This document shows positions 44,070 to 53,139 of a DNA stretch of 64,000 bases, piece by piece (the first letter of the stretch is position 1; every line of letters starts with the position of its first letter). The translations under genes and the position numbers were made by a program. Below the pieces are notes generated by a model. It worked only from the letters and a program-made list of their open reading frames with translations. It was not told the DNA's origin and did not search any database. Location: assembly GCF_964242715.1 (NCBI RefSeq), contig NZ_CAXTAZ010000011.1, positions 24,593 through 88,592 of the forward strand. The letters are read 5' to 3'. This stretch comes from an uncultured Enterovirga sp. GTDB taxonomy: Bacteria > Pseudomonadota > Alphaproteobacteria > Rhizobiales > Beijerinckiaceae.

Positions 44070-45434
44070 TCACTCCGCCGCGCTCAGATGCACGATCCTC
44101 TCGTCGCCCGGGACGGCAGCCGGGACGGGCGCCATCCAGGGGGCGGCGCGGCGGCGGGCGACGTCGACCTCCATCCAATAGGTCTCCCAGCCGCGGGTCG
44201 GACCGATCCCGTCCATGGTGCCCGGACCCTGGATGGATCGTGCGCTCTTCTCGTCGAGGAACAGCATCGGCTCCCCGCCGCCCGCGACCTTCTCGATCTG
44301 CTCGCGCAAGAGGCGGCGATACTGGATGATAGCCTTGTCCGACGAGCCGAGATGCTCGCGCGTCCGGTCCTGGATCGGCCCCATCGATTCCACCGCCCAA
44401 TGGTCGTGGACGTTGATGTCGTGGCCCATGCCCGTATAGGTCTCGTGCTTCTGCTCGTGCGGGTCGAAGCCGTAATGGTTGCGCTTGTTCTTGCGCGAGC
44501 GATATTCGGGCAGCTCGTAGAGTTCGAGCCGCTGCGCCCTCATCTTGGGCTTGTCGACCGGCTTCGTGTAGCTCGTGAAGATCGCGTACCAGTAGCAGGT
44601 CTCGTCATCGACCGGGACATGCCATTGCGTGATCGTCATCTCGGTCGACATCGGGATGACGAAGGCGTGCGGGAAGAGCTGGTTCGTCACTCGGACATGG
44701 GTGCGCTCGCCGTCGATCTCGCGCAGCGCGATGAGGCGAAGGCCGTATTCGGTCCGCTCCACATTGATGATCGGCCGGTCGTATTCGCGCAGGATGCGGG
44801 TCATCGGCATCTCGGTGCCGGCCGAGGCGCCGCGGAACTGCTTGCCGTAGGATTGCGACACCTCCTCGTCCTCGAAGAAGCGGTGCAGGAAGGAGGCGTG
44901 CGCCGGGTCGATCCCGACCTCCAGCGCCTGGAGCCAGTTGCACTCGATCAGGCCCTTGAACGCGAAGGTGTGGCTGTCCGGTGCGACGAAACAGTCGATC
45001 TCGGGAAAGGCCGGCGGCGCACCCTCGCCGAGCCAGGCCCACAGGATGCCGTTCCGCTCCGTGACCGGATAGGCACGCTGGCGGATGTTGCGGCAGAGCT
45101 GCGAACCCACGGGTTCGGCCGGCGTCTCGAGGCAGGTGCCGTCGGCCGCGAAGAGCCAGCCGTGGAAGGCGCAGCGCAAGCCCTCCTCCTCAAGCCGGCC
45201 GAAGGCGAGGTCGGCGCCGCGATGCGGGCAGTCGCGGTCGACGAGGCCGTAGCGACCCTGCCCGTCGCGGAACAGCACGAAGTTCTCGCCCAGCAGCCGC
45301 ACCGGCACGACCGGCCGCTCGCCCGCGAGTTCGTCCGCGAGCGCGGCCGGCTGCCAGTAGCGCCGCATCAGCGCGCCGGCCGGGGTGCCGGCCCCGGTCC
45401 GGGTGATGAGGTCGTTCTGCTCCTGGCTCATCAT
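44070..45434 (-). CDS. Rieske [2Fe-2S] non-heme iron oxygenase alpha subunit (phthalate-dioxygenase-like family)
   Basis: Rieske motif CPHRGADLAFG...LRCAFHGW. Mononuclear iron region NWLQALEVGIDPAHASFLH. The N-terminus NDLITRTGAGTPAGALMRRYWQP is typical of the family. Confidence 0.9.
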   Translation of the reverse strand: MMSQEQNDLITRTGAGTPAGALMRRYWQPAALADELAGERPVVPVRLLGENFVLFRDGQGRYGLVDRDCPHRGADLAFGRLEEEGLRCAFHGWLFAADGTCLETPAEPVGSQLCRNIRQRAYPVTERNGILWAWLGEGAPPAFPEIDCFVAPDSHTFAFKGLIECNWLQALEVGIDPAHASFLHRFFEDEEVSQSYGKQFRGASAGTEMPMTRILREYDRPIINVERTEYGLRLIALREIDGERTHVRVTNQLFPHAFVIPMSTEMTITQWHVPVDDETCYWYAIFTSYTKPVDKPKMRAQRLELYELPEYRSRKNKRNHYGFDPHEQKHETYTGMGHDINVHDHWAVESMGPIQDRTREHLGSSDKAIIQYRRLLREQIEKVAGGGEPMLFLDEKSARSIQGPGTMDGIGPTRGWETYWMEVDVARRRAAPWMAPVPAAVPGDERIVHLSAAE

Positions 45435-45616
45435 GGCGGCAGTCTCCGGGTCACGGATAGGCTTCCTGCGACGTTACGATCCCGTGTGACGCGCCGCAAC
45501 GAGCGGGCACAGGCATGTGCCGCGCCAGCCCGGCAGGTCATGCCGTGCCTTGACGGCGGCTGCCCGGCACGGGATGGCGGGGCCTTGCCCGAGCGGGGCG
45601 CGGCGGCGGAGCAGAC

Positions 45617-46630
45617 GTGTCGGGCAATGTGCTGGTCACGGGGGCGGCCGGTTTCATCGGCTTCCATGTCTGCCGGAGGCTTTTGACCGAAGGCCGCCCG
45701 GTGGTTGGCGTCGACAATCTGGATCCCTATTACGATGTCGCCTTGAAGGAGGCGCGGCTCGCCGAACTCGCGGCAAATCCGGGCTTCCGGTTCGAGCGGA
45801 CCGACCTCGCGGACGCGGCCGACACGGCTTCGTTGTTTCGCCGGCACGACCCGTCGCTCGTGATCCATCTCGCGGCCCAGCCCGGCGTCAGGCATTCGCT
45901 GGTCGATCCCGGGGCCTATGTCGGGGCGAACGTCACGGCCTTTCTCCACGTCCTCGAAGCGTGCCGGCATGGTCGCGTCGCGCATCTCGTCTACGCGTCC
46001 TCCTCGTCCGTCTACGGCGCCAACACCGCCATGCCCTTCTCGACCCATCGGGGCGCCGACCATCAGGTCAGCCTCTACGGCGCGACCAAGAAGGCGAACG
46101 AGGCGATGGCACATAGCTACAGCCACCTCTTCGGCCTGCCCGCGACGGGCCTGCGCTTCTTCACCGTCTACGGTCCCTGGGGCCGGCCCGACATGGCCAT
46201 GGTCCTCTTCACCCGGGCGATCCTGGAGGGGCGGCCGATCGACCTCTTCAACGGCGGCCGGATGAGCCGCGACTTCACCTATATCGACGACGTGGTGGAG
46301 GGGGTTGTCCGGGTCGCGGCCGCGCCGCCCGGGCCCGACCCCAACTGGTCGTCTGCCGCGCCCGATCCCGCGACCAGCGCCGCGCCGCACCGGCTCTTCA
46401 ACCTTGGCGGTGATGCCCCGGTCGAACTCGGCCGGGTCGTCGCGCTCCTGGAGGCCGAACTCGGGCGTCCGGCACTCACCCATCTCATGCCGATGCAGCC
46501 GGGCGACGTCATGGCCTCCTGGGCGGATGTCGAGGACCTTGCCCGGCTGACGGGCTTCCGGCCGCAGGTCCCGATCGCAGAGGGGATCCAGCGCTTCGTT
46601 GCCTGGTACCGGGGCTTCTACGGCGCGTGA
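45617..46630 (+). CDS. NAD-dependent epimerase/dehydratase (UDP-glucuronate 4-epimerase-like SDR)
   Basis: GTG start. VLVTGAAGFIG, the YxxxK motif (SLYGATKKANE), RFFTVYGPWGRPDMA. Confidence 0.9.
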   Translation: MSGNVLVTGAAGFIGFHVCRRLLTEGRPVVGVDNLDPYYDVALKEARLAELAANPGFRFERTDLADAADTASLFRRHDPSLVIHLAAQPGVRHSLVDPGAYVGANVTAFLHVLEACRHGRVAHLVYASSSSVYGANTAMPFSTHRGADHQVSLYGATKKANEAMAHSYSHLFGLPATGLRFFTVYGPWGRPDMAMVLFTRAILEGRPIDLFNGGRMSRDFTYIDDVVEGVVRVAAAPPGPDPNWSSAAPDPATSAAPHRLFNLGGDAPVELGRVVALLEAELGRPALTHLMPMQPGDVMASWADVEDLARLTGFRPQVPIAEGIQRFVAWYRGFYGA

Positions 46631-46713
46631 GCGGCGTGGACGCGGCGACCCTTCGCCGATAAGGCCGTCTCGCGCACGGGCCGGGGCAACGTGCTCGAGA
46701 CAGGGAGGGCGTC

Positions 46714-47478
46714 ATGGAGTTGCAGCGGAACGCGTTCAAGGCGGGGCTCGCGGAGGGCCGCACGCAGATCGGTCTCTGGAGCAGCCTCTGCAGCAACATC
46801 GTGGCCGAGATCCTGGGCGATTGCGGCTTCGACTGGATCCTGCTCGACACCGAGCATTCTCCGAACGAACTGCCCGGTCTCGTGTCGCAGATGCAGGCGC
46901 TCGCGCGCGGCACCGCGACCCCGATCGTCCGGCCGGCCTGGAACGACGCCGTCCTGATCAAGCGCATCCTGGATGCGGGCGCCCAGTCGCTGCTGATCCC
47001 CTTCGTCCAGAACGAGGCGGAAGCCCGGGCGGCGGTGGCCGCCACGCGCTACCCGCCGGAAGGCATCCGGGGCATCACGACGAGCGGCCGCGCCGCCCGT
47101 TTCGGGCGCGTGCCGAACTACCTGAAGACGGCCGCGAGCCAGATCTGCCTCCTCGTCCAGGTCGAGACCGAGGCGGCCTTGAACGACATCGAGGCGATCG
47201 CGTCGGTCGAGGGCATCGACGGCGTCTTCATCGGCCCGTCCGACCTTTCGGCCTCGCTCGGCCATCTCGGCAACTCGGCTCATCCGGTGGTGCAGGACGC
47301 CATGCGGGACGCCGTCACGCGGTTGACCAAGCTCGGCAAGCCGGCCGGCATCCTGACCTCGAACGAGGCGGAGGCGCGACGCTATCTCGAATGGGGCTAT
47401 CGCTTCGTCGCGGTCGGGTCGGATCTCGGCGTGCTGACGCGGAATGCCGACGCGCTCGCGAAGGCCTTCAAGAGCTAG
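46714..47478 (+). CDS. HpcH/HpaI-family 2-keto-3-deoxy-acid aldolase
   Basis: GLWSSLCSNIVAEILGDCGFDWILLDTEH, VRPAWND, LVQVET, FIGPSDLS. Confidence 0.9.
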   Translation: MELQRNAFKAGLAEGRTQIGLWSSLCSNIVAEILGDCGFDWILLDTEHSPNELPGLVSQMQALARGTATPIVRPAWNDAVLIKRILDAGAQSLLIPFVQNEAEARAAVAATRYPPEGIRGITTSGRAARFGRVPNYLKTAASQICLLVQVETEAALNDIEAIASVEGIDGVFIGPSDLSASLGHLGNSAHPVVQDAMRDAVTRLTKLGKPAGILTSNEAEARRYLEWGYRFVAVGSDLGVLTRNADALAKAFKS

Positions 47479-48197
47479 CGGGGCGCGCCGACCCGGATCG
47501 GACCGAACCGGCAGGACCGGCGGTCCACCTCCGGGCAGGGCCTGAAGCTGCGCAGGTCGCGCGTGAAGCAGATCCGGACCTCCTGCAGGGCGCCGCGCCC
47601 GCATTGCACCGACATCATGTCGGACCGCAATCCCGGATTGGCCTCGCTGAAGGCGCGCTCGATCGCCTGCGGCGAGGTCCGGCCGTCCTCCCCGAGATCG
47701 GCCAGCGCCTCGGGGACCCGTATCTTGGCGCGGGTCTCGCGCACCGCCCGCATGTACTCGGACGGGCCTAGCCCGGAGCAGGTGCCGTGCTGGCGCCATT
47801 CGTAGCGGGCGAGGGATTCCTCCGGAAACACGTCGCCCGCCTCGTCGAGCGCGGGGCGCGGCAGAGCCCGTTCCGGGCCGCATCGCGACGGGAAGCCGCG
47901 CTCGTATTGCGGCCAAAGCCCGTGCACCACGAAACCGAGCCGGCGTCCGGCCTCGCATTGCCGGGAGCCGCGCCGGTCGCCTGTCGTCTCGCAGAAGCCC
48001 GGCGACCAGGAGAGGGCGAGGACGTAGAAGTCGAATTCGCCGGGCGTCCCACCGCTCCGGCCCTGCGCGCCGGCCGGGCTTGCGGCCCCGACGAGCGACG
48101 CGGCGAGGGCGAGGGCGAGCGCCGGAGCGATCAAGGGCGCGCCATGCGGCAGGCGGGCGAATAGGCGAGATTGCGGTCGAGGCCGGTCACGCACCAT
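47475..48197 (-). CDS. Ribonuclease T2 family protein (secreted)
   Basis: FYVLALSWSPGFC, the CAS I motif VVHGLWPQ, and EWRQHGTCSG. The start is uncertain. ATG 48197 overlaps the upstream gene by 67 nt. Alternatively, TTG 48134 overlaps its stop (TTGA). Confidence 0.8.
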   Translation of the reverse strand: MVRDRPRPQSRLFARLPHGAPLIAPALALALAASLVGAASPAGAQGRSGGTPGEFDFYVLALSWSPGFCETTGDRRGSRQCEAGRRLGFVVHGLWPQYERGFPSRCGPERALPRPALDEAGDVFPEESLARYEWRQHGTCSGLGPSEYMRAVRETRAKIRVPEALADLGEDGRTSPQAIERAFSEANPGLRSDMMSVQCGRGALQEVRICFTRDLRSFRPCPEVDRRSCRFGPIRVGAPR

Positions 48198-48565
48198 TCG
48201 ACACCCCAGCCGGCGCCGATGAAATTCGTGTCCTCGCGAACCGAATAGTCGACCCGGTGGTGGCGACCGCTCGAGACGTAGGCAGAGGCGGTGCAATAGC
48301 GGCGCGGGATCAGGTCGAGGCCCCAGGGACGCCAGGCGAGGGGCTTGATCTTGGAATATTCGACGATGGTGAGGTTCGAATTCCAGAATTTCGCCTCCTT
48401 TTCGGCGAAGGCGGTCGAGATCTCGGCCAAAACGGACGGGTCACCGCAGGTCGGCAGCTCGGCCACATACGGGATGATGCGCTTTTCGGCCGGCACGACC
48501 TCATAGGCCGAAGCCGTCGAGCAGGAGAGAAAGGCGCAGCCGAGAAGAAGGAGGATGCGGCGCAT
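48131..48565 (-). CDS. Conserved-looking hypothetical secreted protein (144 aa)
   Basis: ATG 48565. Signal peptide MRRILLLLGCAFLSCSTASA. The mature part has protein-like composition and four further Cys. I recognise no motif. Confidence 0.6.
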   Translation of the reverse strand: MRRILLLLGCAFLSCSTASAYEVVPAEKRIIPYVAELPTCGDPSVLAEISTAFAEKEAKFWNSNLTIVEYSKIKPLAWRPWGLDLIPRRYCTASAYVSSGRHHRVDYSVREDTNFIGAGWGVEWCVTGLDRNLAYSPACRMARP

Positions 48566-48682
48566 GCGGATTGGTCCACGGGGGCGGGCCCCGACCATGC
48601 CGGGCCGTCGTCCGGCCGGCAATGGCGGGCGTGCAACACCCTCTGCCTTAAGCGGGTTGCTCGTCCCGACCTGAAGCTCGGT

Positions 48683-49615
48683 TCAGTACAGGCGGCCGGC
48701 CCCGGCCAGGTGGGGCTGGAGCGGCATCGGAGTGCCGGCCGAGGCGGGCGAGCGAGGTGCGACGGGCAAGGACGTGCGCTCCTGCCCCGTGCGGAGCGGC
48801 GCGGCGTGAACGCGCGACCCTTCGGACACGGTCTCGGAATCCTCGTCCTCCTCCATCCCGGGCCGCATGGCCGGTTCCGGTCGCGTGCGAGCCGGAAACA
48901 GTGGAGGCGCGCCGGCGACGCGATCCGGGCCGAGCCTCGGTTCATATTTGATCAGGGGCTTGCAGACCCGCCGTCGCCCGGCCGTATCGTGCCGCGCGAG
49001 GTCGAGGTGGAAGTGGTTGTAGTGGAACACGTCGGAGCCGGGGGCCAGCACCGTCGTGAAATGCCGGCACGCGCCCACGAAGACCTCGCGCAGAAAGTCC
49101 TGCTCGTCGGCCGCGCCCCGCCAGCCCTTCTCGACGGTGATCTCCCGCCCGTCCGCGAGACGGAAGGCAAAGACGTCGAGGGCATTGCCGTAGGCGTGTT
49201 CGGAGACCTTGGCGCCGCTCTGGTTATTGCGCGGCCGGCAGGAATAGGAGCCGGCCCGGATCCCGGTCACGGCCTGGCCGAGATAGAGTTCGGCCGCGGG
49301 CTGCACCGTCCCGGCGAGCCAGCGGTCGATTTCCGGGATGATTGGGCAGGCGAGGGTCACGGCGCTGGTGAGACGGATGTCGCCCCCGGCCAAGGCCTGT
49401 GCCCGGTACGGATAGGTGATGCCGCAACTGCCCGGGCCGTCGATCTCGGCGGCGCGCGACATGTAGGCCGAGGGGGCGACGAGTTTCGCCGCGAGGCACG
49501 CCTCCTCCGCCTGGACGCGCCAGGCTTCGCGGGTCTCGAACGAGAACCGCCCGCACCCGACGAGACCCGCGCCCAGGAGCACGAGGGCCGACAACGCAAC
49601 ACGACCACGACGCAT
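48683..49615 (-). CDS. Extensin-like C-terminal domain family lipoprotein
   Basis: Lipobox LVGC. Contains SCGITYPY, SEHAYGNALDVF and HYNHFHLDL. Pro-rich tail. Confidence 0.85.
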   Translation of the reverse strand: MRRGRVALSALVLLGAGLVGCGRFSFETREAWRVQAEEACLAAKLVAPSAYMSRAAEIDGPGSCGITYPYRAQALAGGDIRLTSAVTLACPIIPEIDRWLAGTVQPAAELYLGQAVTGIRAGSYSCRPRNNQSGAKVSEHAYGNALDVFAFRLADGREITVEKGWRGAADEQDFLREVFVGACRHFTTVLAPGSDVFHYNHFHLDLARHDTAGRRRVCKPLIKYEPRLGPDRVAGAPPLFPARTRPEPAMRPGMEEDEDSETVSEGSRVHAAPLRTGQERTSLPVAPRSPASAGTPMPLQPHLAGAGRLY

Positions 49616-49770
49616 GGTCGGGACAATGCGAGCGATCCCGTTAACGCTGGTTCAACCTCCGACCGAGGGGGCTGACCCATATCGATGCAGCATGGGCGGC
49701 CCAAATGCCGCCGGGCGGCCTTTTCACATCGGGCCGGAGAGGCCACGATTGCCGGATGCAAGGATCCGCC

Positions 49771-51015
49771 ATGCTCTCTCTCGTCGACATCACCGGCCGC
49801 ATCCGCTCGGGCCGGCTCACGCCCGATGCCGCCCTGGCTCTCTCCGCCGACGCCATCCGGGACCGCGAGGCAGAGGTGGGCGCTTTCGTCCGCCTTGCCC
49901 CCGAACCGACGCGAGCGGGCCAGGGCCGGCTTGCCGGGATCGCGGTCGCCGTGAAGGACATCATCGACACGGCCGACATGCCGACCGAAATGGGCGCACC
50001 CGCCATCCATGGGGGCTGGCAGCCCCGTGCCGACGCCCCGGTTGTCGCCGCGCTCCGGCGAGCGGGCGCCACGATCATCGGCAAGTCGACCACCACCGCC
50101 TTCGCGACGACCGACCCGACCGAGACGCGGAATCCGCATGACCTCGGTCATACGCCGGGCGGCTCCTCGGCCGGATCGGCGGCGGCGGTCGGGGCCGGGA
50201 TGGTGCCGCTGGCGCTCGGCACGCAGACCGGCGGCTCTGTGATCCGGCCGGCCTCCTTCTGCGGCGCCGCCGCGATCAAGCCCTCCTTCCGCCTCCTGCC
50301 CACCGTGGGCGTGAAATGCCTCGCCTGGACGCTGGACACGGTCGGGCTGTTCGCGGCCGGAACCGCCGACCTCGCGGCCGCGCTCGCGATCCTGAGCGGG
50401 CGGTCGATGGAGGGCACCGGGCTGCGCACCCCCCGGCTCGGCCTCGTGCGCCAGCGTTTCGCCGGCGCAGCCGAGCCGGACGGGGAGCGGGCGCTGGAGG
50501 AGGCCGCCGACATCCTCGGCCAGGCCGGGGCCACGATCGTCGAGCCCGGGGAACCGGCCGCGATCGCGGAGGGATGGCACGTCCATCCGGCGATCCAGGA
50601 TTTCGAGGCGGCGACCTCGCTCGCCTGGGAATATGACAATGCCCGAGACAGGCTGCCCCCGCATATCCGGGACAGCCTGGACCGGGGCCGGGGGATCGCG
50701 GCTTCGGAATACGACGAGGCCCGGCGGGTCGCGAACCGAGCTCGACGTGATGCGAAGCTCCTCTTCCGCGACGTCGATGCCGTGCTGACCTATTCGGCCA
50801 CGGGCGCCGCCCCGCGCGGTCTCGCCTCCACCGGCGATCCGAAATTCAACCGGCTTTGGACGATGCTGGGGACCCCCTGCGTCACAGTGCCCGGCCTCCG
50901 CAACGCGGCCGCCCTGCCGATCGGGATCCAGGTCGTCGCACCATTCGCCCGGGACCATGTCGCGCTCGAAGTGGCTGAGTTCGTTGAGGCCGCCCTTGCC
51001 GGCACACATGACTGA
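49771..51015 (+). CDS. Amidase (amidase-signature family)
   Basis: ATG 49771 follows AAGGA. VAVKDIIDTADMPT and GGSSAGSAAAVGAG. An alternative start lies at 49756. Confidence 0.85.
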   Translation: MLSLVDITGRIRSGRLTPDAALALSADAIRDREAEVGAFVRLAPEPTRAGQGRLAGIAVAVKDIIDTADMPTEMGAPAIHGGWQPRADAPVVAALRRAGATIIGKSTTTAFATTDPTETRNPHDLGHTPGGSSAGSAAAVGAGMVPLALGTQTGGSVIRPASFCGAAAIKPSFRLLPTVGVKCLAWTLDTVGLFAAGTADLAAALAILSGRSMEGTGLRTPRLGLVRQRFAGAAEPDGERALEEAADILGQAGATIVEPGEPAAIAEGWHVHPAIQDFEAATSLAWEYDNARDRLPPHIRDSLDRGRGIAASEYDEARRVANRARRDAKLLFRDVDAVLTYSATGAAPRGLASTGDPKFNRLWTMLGTPCVTVPGLRNAAALPIGIQVVAPFARDHVALEVAEFVEAALAGTHD

Positions 51016-51157
51016 GCGGCGGACGCCGCAACTCGAAGCGAGGCATCCCTCATGGCGGGATGTGGTCGCTCTCGCGGCTGCAATATGGAAAGCGCCTATC
51101 CGGTTGAAACCGGCCCTGGTAGCATTGCGTTAAGGACCAGAGCGGGAGGCGGCGGCA

Positions 51158-51259
51158 ATGGACCTGATCGTAAGGCGGGACTGGTGGTCGACGATGCAGA
51201 TCGGCGCCTTTTGTGCGGCGCTCGGTCTTCTCGGGGCGATCGTGGTAGGCGTTTTCTGA
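51158..51259 (+). CDS. 33-aa hydrophobic small protein (single predicted membrane helix)
   Basis: GGGAGG lies 7 nt upstream of the ATG. MDLIVRRDWWSTMQIGAFCAALGLLGAIVVGVF. A strong intrinsic terminator follows 28 nt downstream. Too short to appear in the ORF track. Confidence 0.4.
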   Translation: MDLIVRRDWWSTMQIGAFCAALGLLGAIVVGVF

Positions 51260-51286
51260 GGGGTTCAACCTCTCACTCGCGAATGG

Positions 51287-51311
51287 AAAACCGCCGAAGG
51301 GCGGTTTTTTT
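51287..51311 (+). terminator. Rho-independent terminator
   Basis: AAAA-CCGCC-GAAG-GGCGG-TTTTTTT. The flanking A and T runs would allow bidirectional function. Confidence 0.7.
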
Positions 51312-51368
51312 GTGCCCTGCCTCGAAAACAGGCGTGTGCTTCAGGCCTGTCGAGCTTAGGGCCTTGGC

Positions 51369-52487
51369 ATGGCGAGAGGGCTGATCGGGAGAGCAGGCGT
51401 CGAATGGAGCGGACTGGCAATCCTCTCCTTCGCCCTTTCCTACCTTTTCGTCGCGGCTTCGCTCCCGGGCTCCATCCTGATCGGACCGATGCTGGCTGCG
51501 ATCGCCTTTGGCCTGGCCGGGTCAGAGCGCCGGGTGGCCCGGCCTGTCTTCACGGTCGCGCAAGGCGTCGTCGGATGCCTCATCGCCGGATCGATCACCT
51601 CCGAGATCCTGCGGGAGGTGGTGCGGGACTGGCCGATCCTCCTGTTCGGCGTCACCGTCACGATCGCGGCCTCCAGCGCGGTGGGCTGGGTCCTGGCGCG
51701 GTTCGGAACGCTTCCGGGCTCGACCGCCGCCTGGGGCTCGTCGCCGGGCGCCGCCTCGGCCATGGTCGCGATGGCGGGCGAGTTCGGCGCCGACGTCCGG
51801 CTGGTCGCCACCATGCAATATGTGCGGGTGATCTGCGTGGTGCTGGCGGCCTCGCTCGTGTCGCGCGTGCTTCTGGGCGGGATCGCGCCGGTCCAGATCC
51901 CACAGGCGGCAGCGGCCCCAGCCTCTCTCGACCTCCTGGGTCTCGGGGCCACGCTTGCGGTCGCGGTCGCGGGTTCCTGGCTCGGACGGCGCCTGCGGGT
52001 GCCGGCCGGCGGCATCCTCGTCCCGCTCGGGATCGCGGCCGCGATCAACGCTGCAGGCGCGGTGCATCTGGCGCCTCCTGCCTGGCTCCTCGCCTTCGCC
52101 TATTACGTCATCGGCTGGACCATCGGGCTTCAGTTCGAGCGCGTCTCGCTTGGCCGTTCGGTGAGGGCGCTCCCGGAAATCCTCGCCGCCTCCTTCGCCC
52201 TCATGGCTCTGTGCGGCGCCGCGGCCTGGATCATGGTGCGGCTGACGGGGCTCACGCCGCTCACGGCCTTCCTGGCGACGAGCCCCGGCGGCATCGACAC
52301 GGTCGCGATCATCGCCCTGTCGGGCGGAGCCGACACGCCCTTCGTCATGGCCATGCAGACCTTGCGGCTTCTGACCGTCGTGGCGGCCGGCCCGGCGATC
52401 GCCCGGCTCCTGACCCGGACCACGAAGCGGGACGGTCAGTCCGGCGGGAAACGCGACGACGACGGCGGGAACACGACGCCGTCATAA
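51369..52487 (+). CDS. AbrB-family membrane protein (AbrB duplication, putative transporter)
   Basis: 372 aa, polytopic. GPMLAAIAFGL, LPGSTAAWGSSPGAASAMVAMA, and the repeated TSPGGIDTVAIIAL. Confidence 0.85.
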   Translation: MARGLIGRAGVEWSGLAILSFALSYLFVAASLPGSILIGPMLAAIAFGLAGSERRVARPVFTVAQGVVGCLIAGSITSEILREVVRDWPILLFGVTVTIAASSAVGWVLARFGTLPGSTAAWGSSPGAASAMVAMAGEFGADVRLVATMQYVRVICVVLAASLVSRVLLGGIAPVQIPQAAAAPASLDLLGLGATLAVAVAGSWLGRRLRVPAGGILVPLGIAAAINAAGAVHLAPPAWLLAFAYYVIGWTIGLQFERVSLGRSVRALPEILAASFALMALCGAAAWIMVRLTGLTPLTAFLATSPGGIDTVAIIALSGGADTPFVMAMQTLRLLTVVAAGPAIARLLTRTTKRDGQSGGKRDDDGGNTTPS

Positions 52488-53044
52488 ATCTCGGCCAGCG
52501 GTAGCTCGATCCCGAGCGCCGGCAGCGGAACCGACCCGTCCAAGACTTCGATCCGCGCCCGCGTCCAATTGCGCTCGGCCCCCCGCGAATAGGCCAGCAC
52601 CTCCGGGTGGTTAGGCTCCACGTAGAGGATATGCTCCAGGCCTTCGATCGCCTTGTACTCGGTCAGCTTGCCGATGGCGTCGAAATCTCGCGTCGACGGC
52701 GACATCACCTCGACAACCAGCCGCGGATCGGCGGCCCGGTACCCGTTCGGGTCGCGCCGGCCGCAATCCACGCCGGCGTCGGGCCGGCGGATCTGGCCGG
52801 GATAGGTCTCGACCGCTCCGTCGCCCGTGAAGGGGCGGCAGCCGCTGCCGCGAAGGCGATTACCAAGCGCAATGATGATGTTCGCCACGACGTCGTCATG
52901 GCGATTGCTCGCGCCCGCCAACATCCGGAGAGGGAGGCCACCGACAAGTTCGTAGCGCTCGTCCTGGCGTTCCTGCCAGGCGAAGAAATCGTCGACCGTC
53001 CAGGCTCGCAAGACCGAGGAAGCCACGTCCACCTCCGTGTCCAT
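52436..53044 (-). CDS. Uma2-family (DUF820) restriction-endonuclease-like protein
   Basis: The 52436..53956 ORF trimmed to ATG 53044. YELVGG, PDAGV, PRLVVEVMSPSTRDFDAIGKLTEYKAIEGLEHILYVEP. Confidence 0.85.
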   Translation of the reverse strand: MDTEVDVASSVLRAWTVDDFFAWQERQDERYELVGGLPLRMLAGASNRHDDVVANIIIALGNRLRGSGCRPFTGDGAVETYPGQIRRPDAGVDCGRRDPNGYRAADPRLVVEVMSPSTRDFDAIGKLTEYKAIEGLEHILYVEPNHPEVLAYSRGAERNWTRARIEVLDGSVPLPALGIELPLAEIYDGVVFPPSSSRFPPD

Positions 53045-53086
53045 CCTACACCGGAACTGGGGCGAGCGTCGCGCTTCCGAAACGAA

Positions 53087-53112
53087 AATGGCCGGGCATC
53101 GACTGGGCCATT
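53087..53112 (-). terminator. Candidate intrinsic terminator downstream of the catalase gene
   Basis: On the minus strand, AATGGCC-N12-GGCCATT is followed by TTTCGTTTCGG. It lies 28 nt after the catalase stop. Confidence 0.45.
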
Positions 53113-53139
53113 CATGCCATGTCGGTCCGTCTGAGGTCT

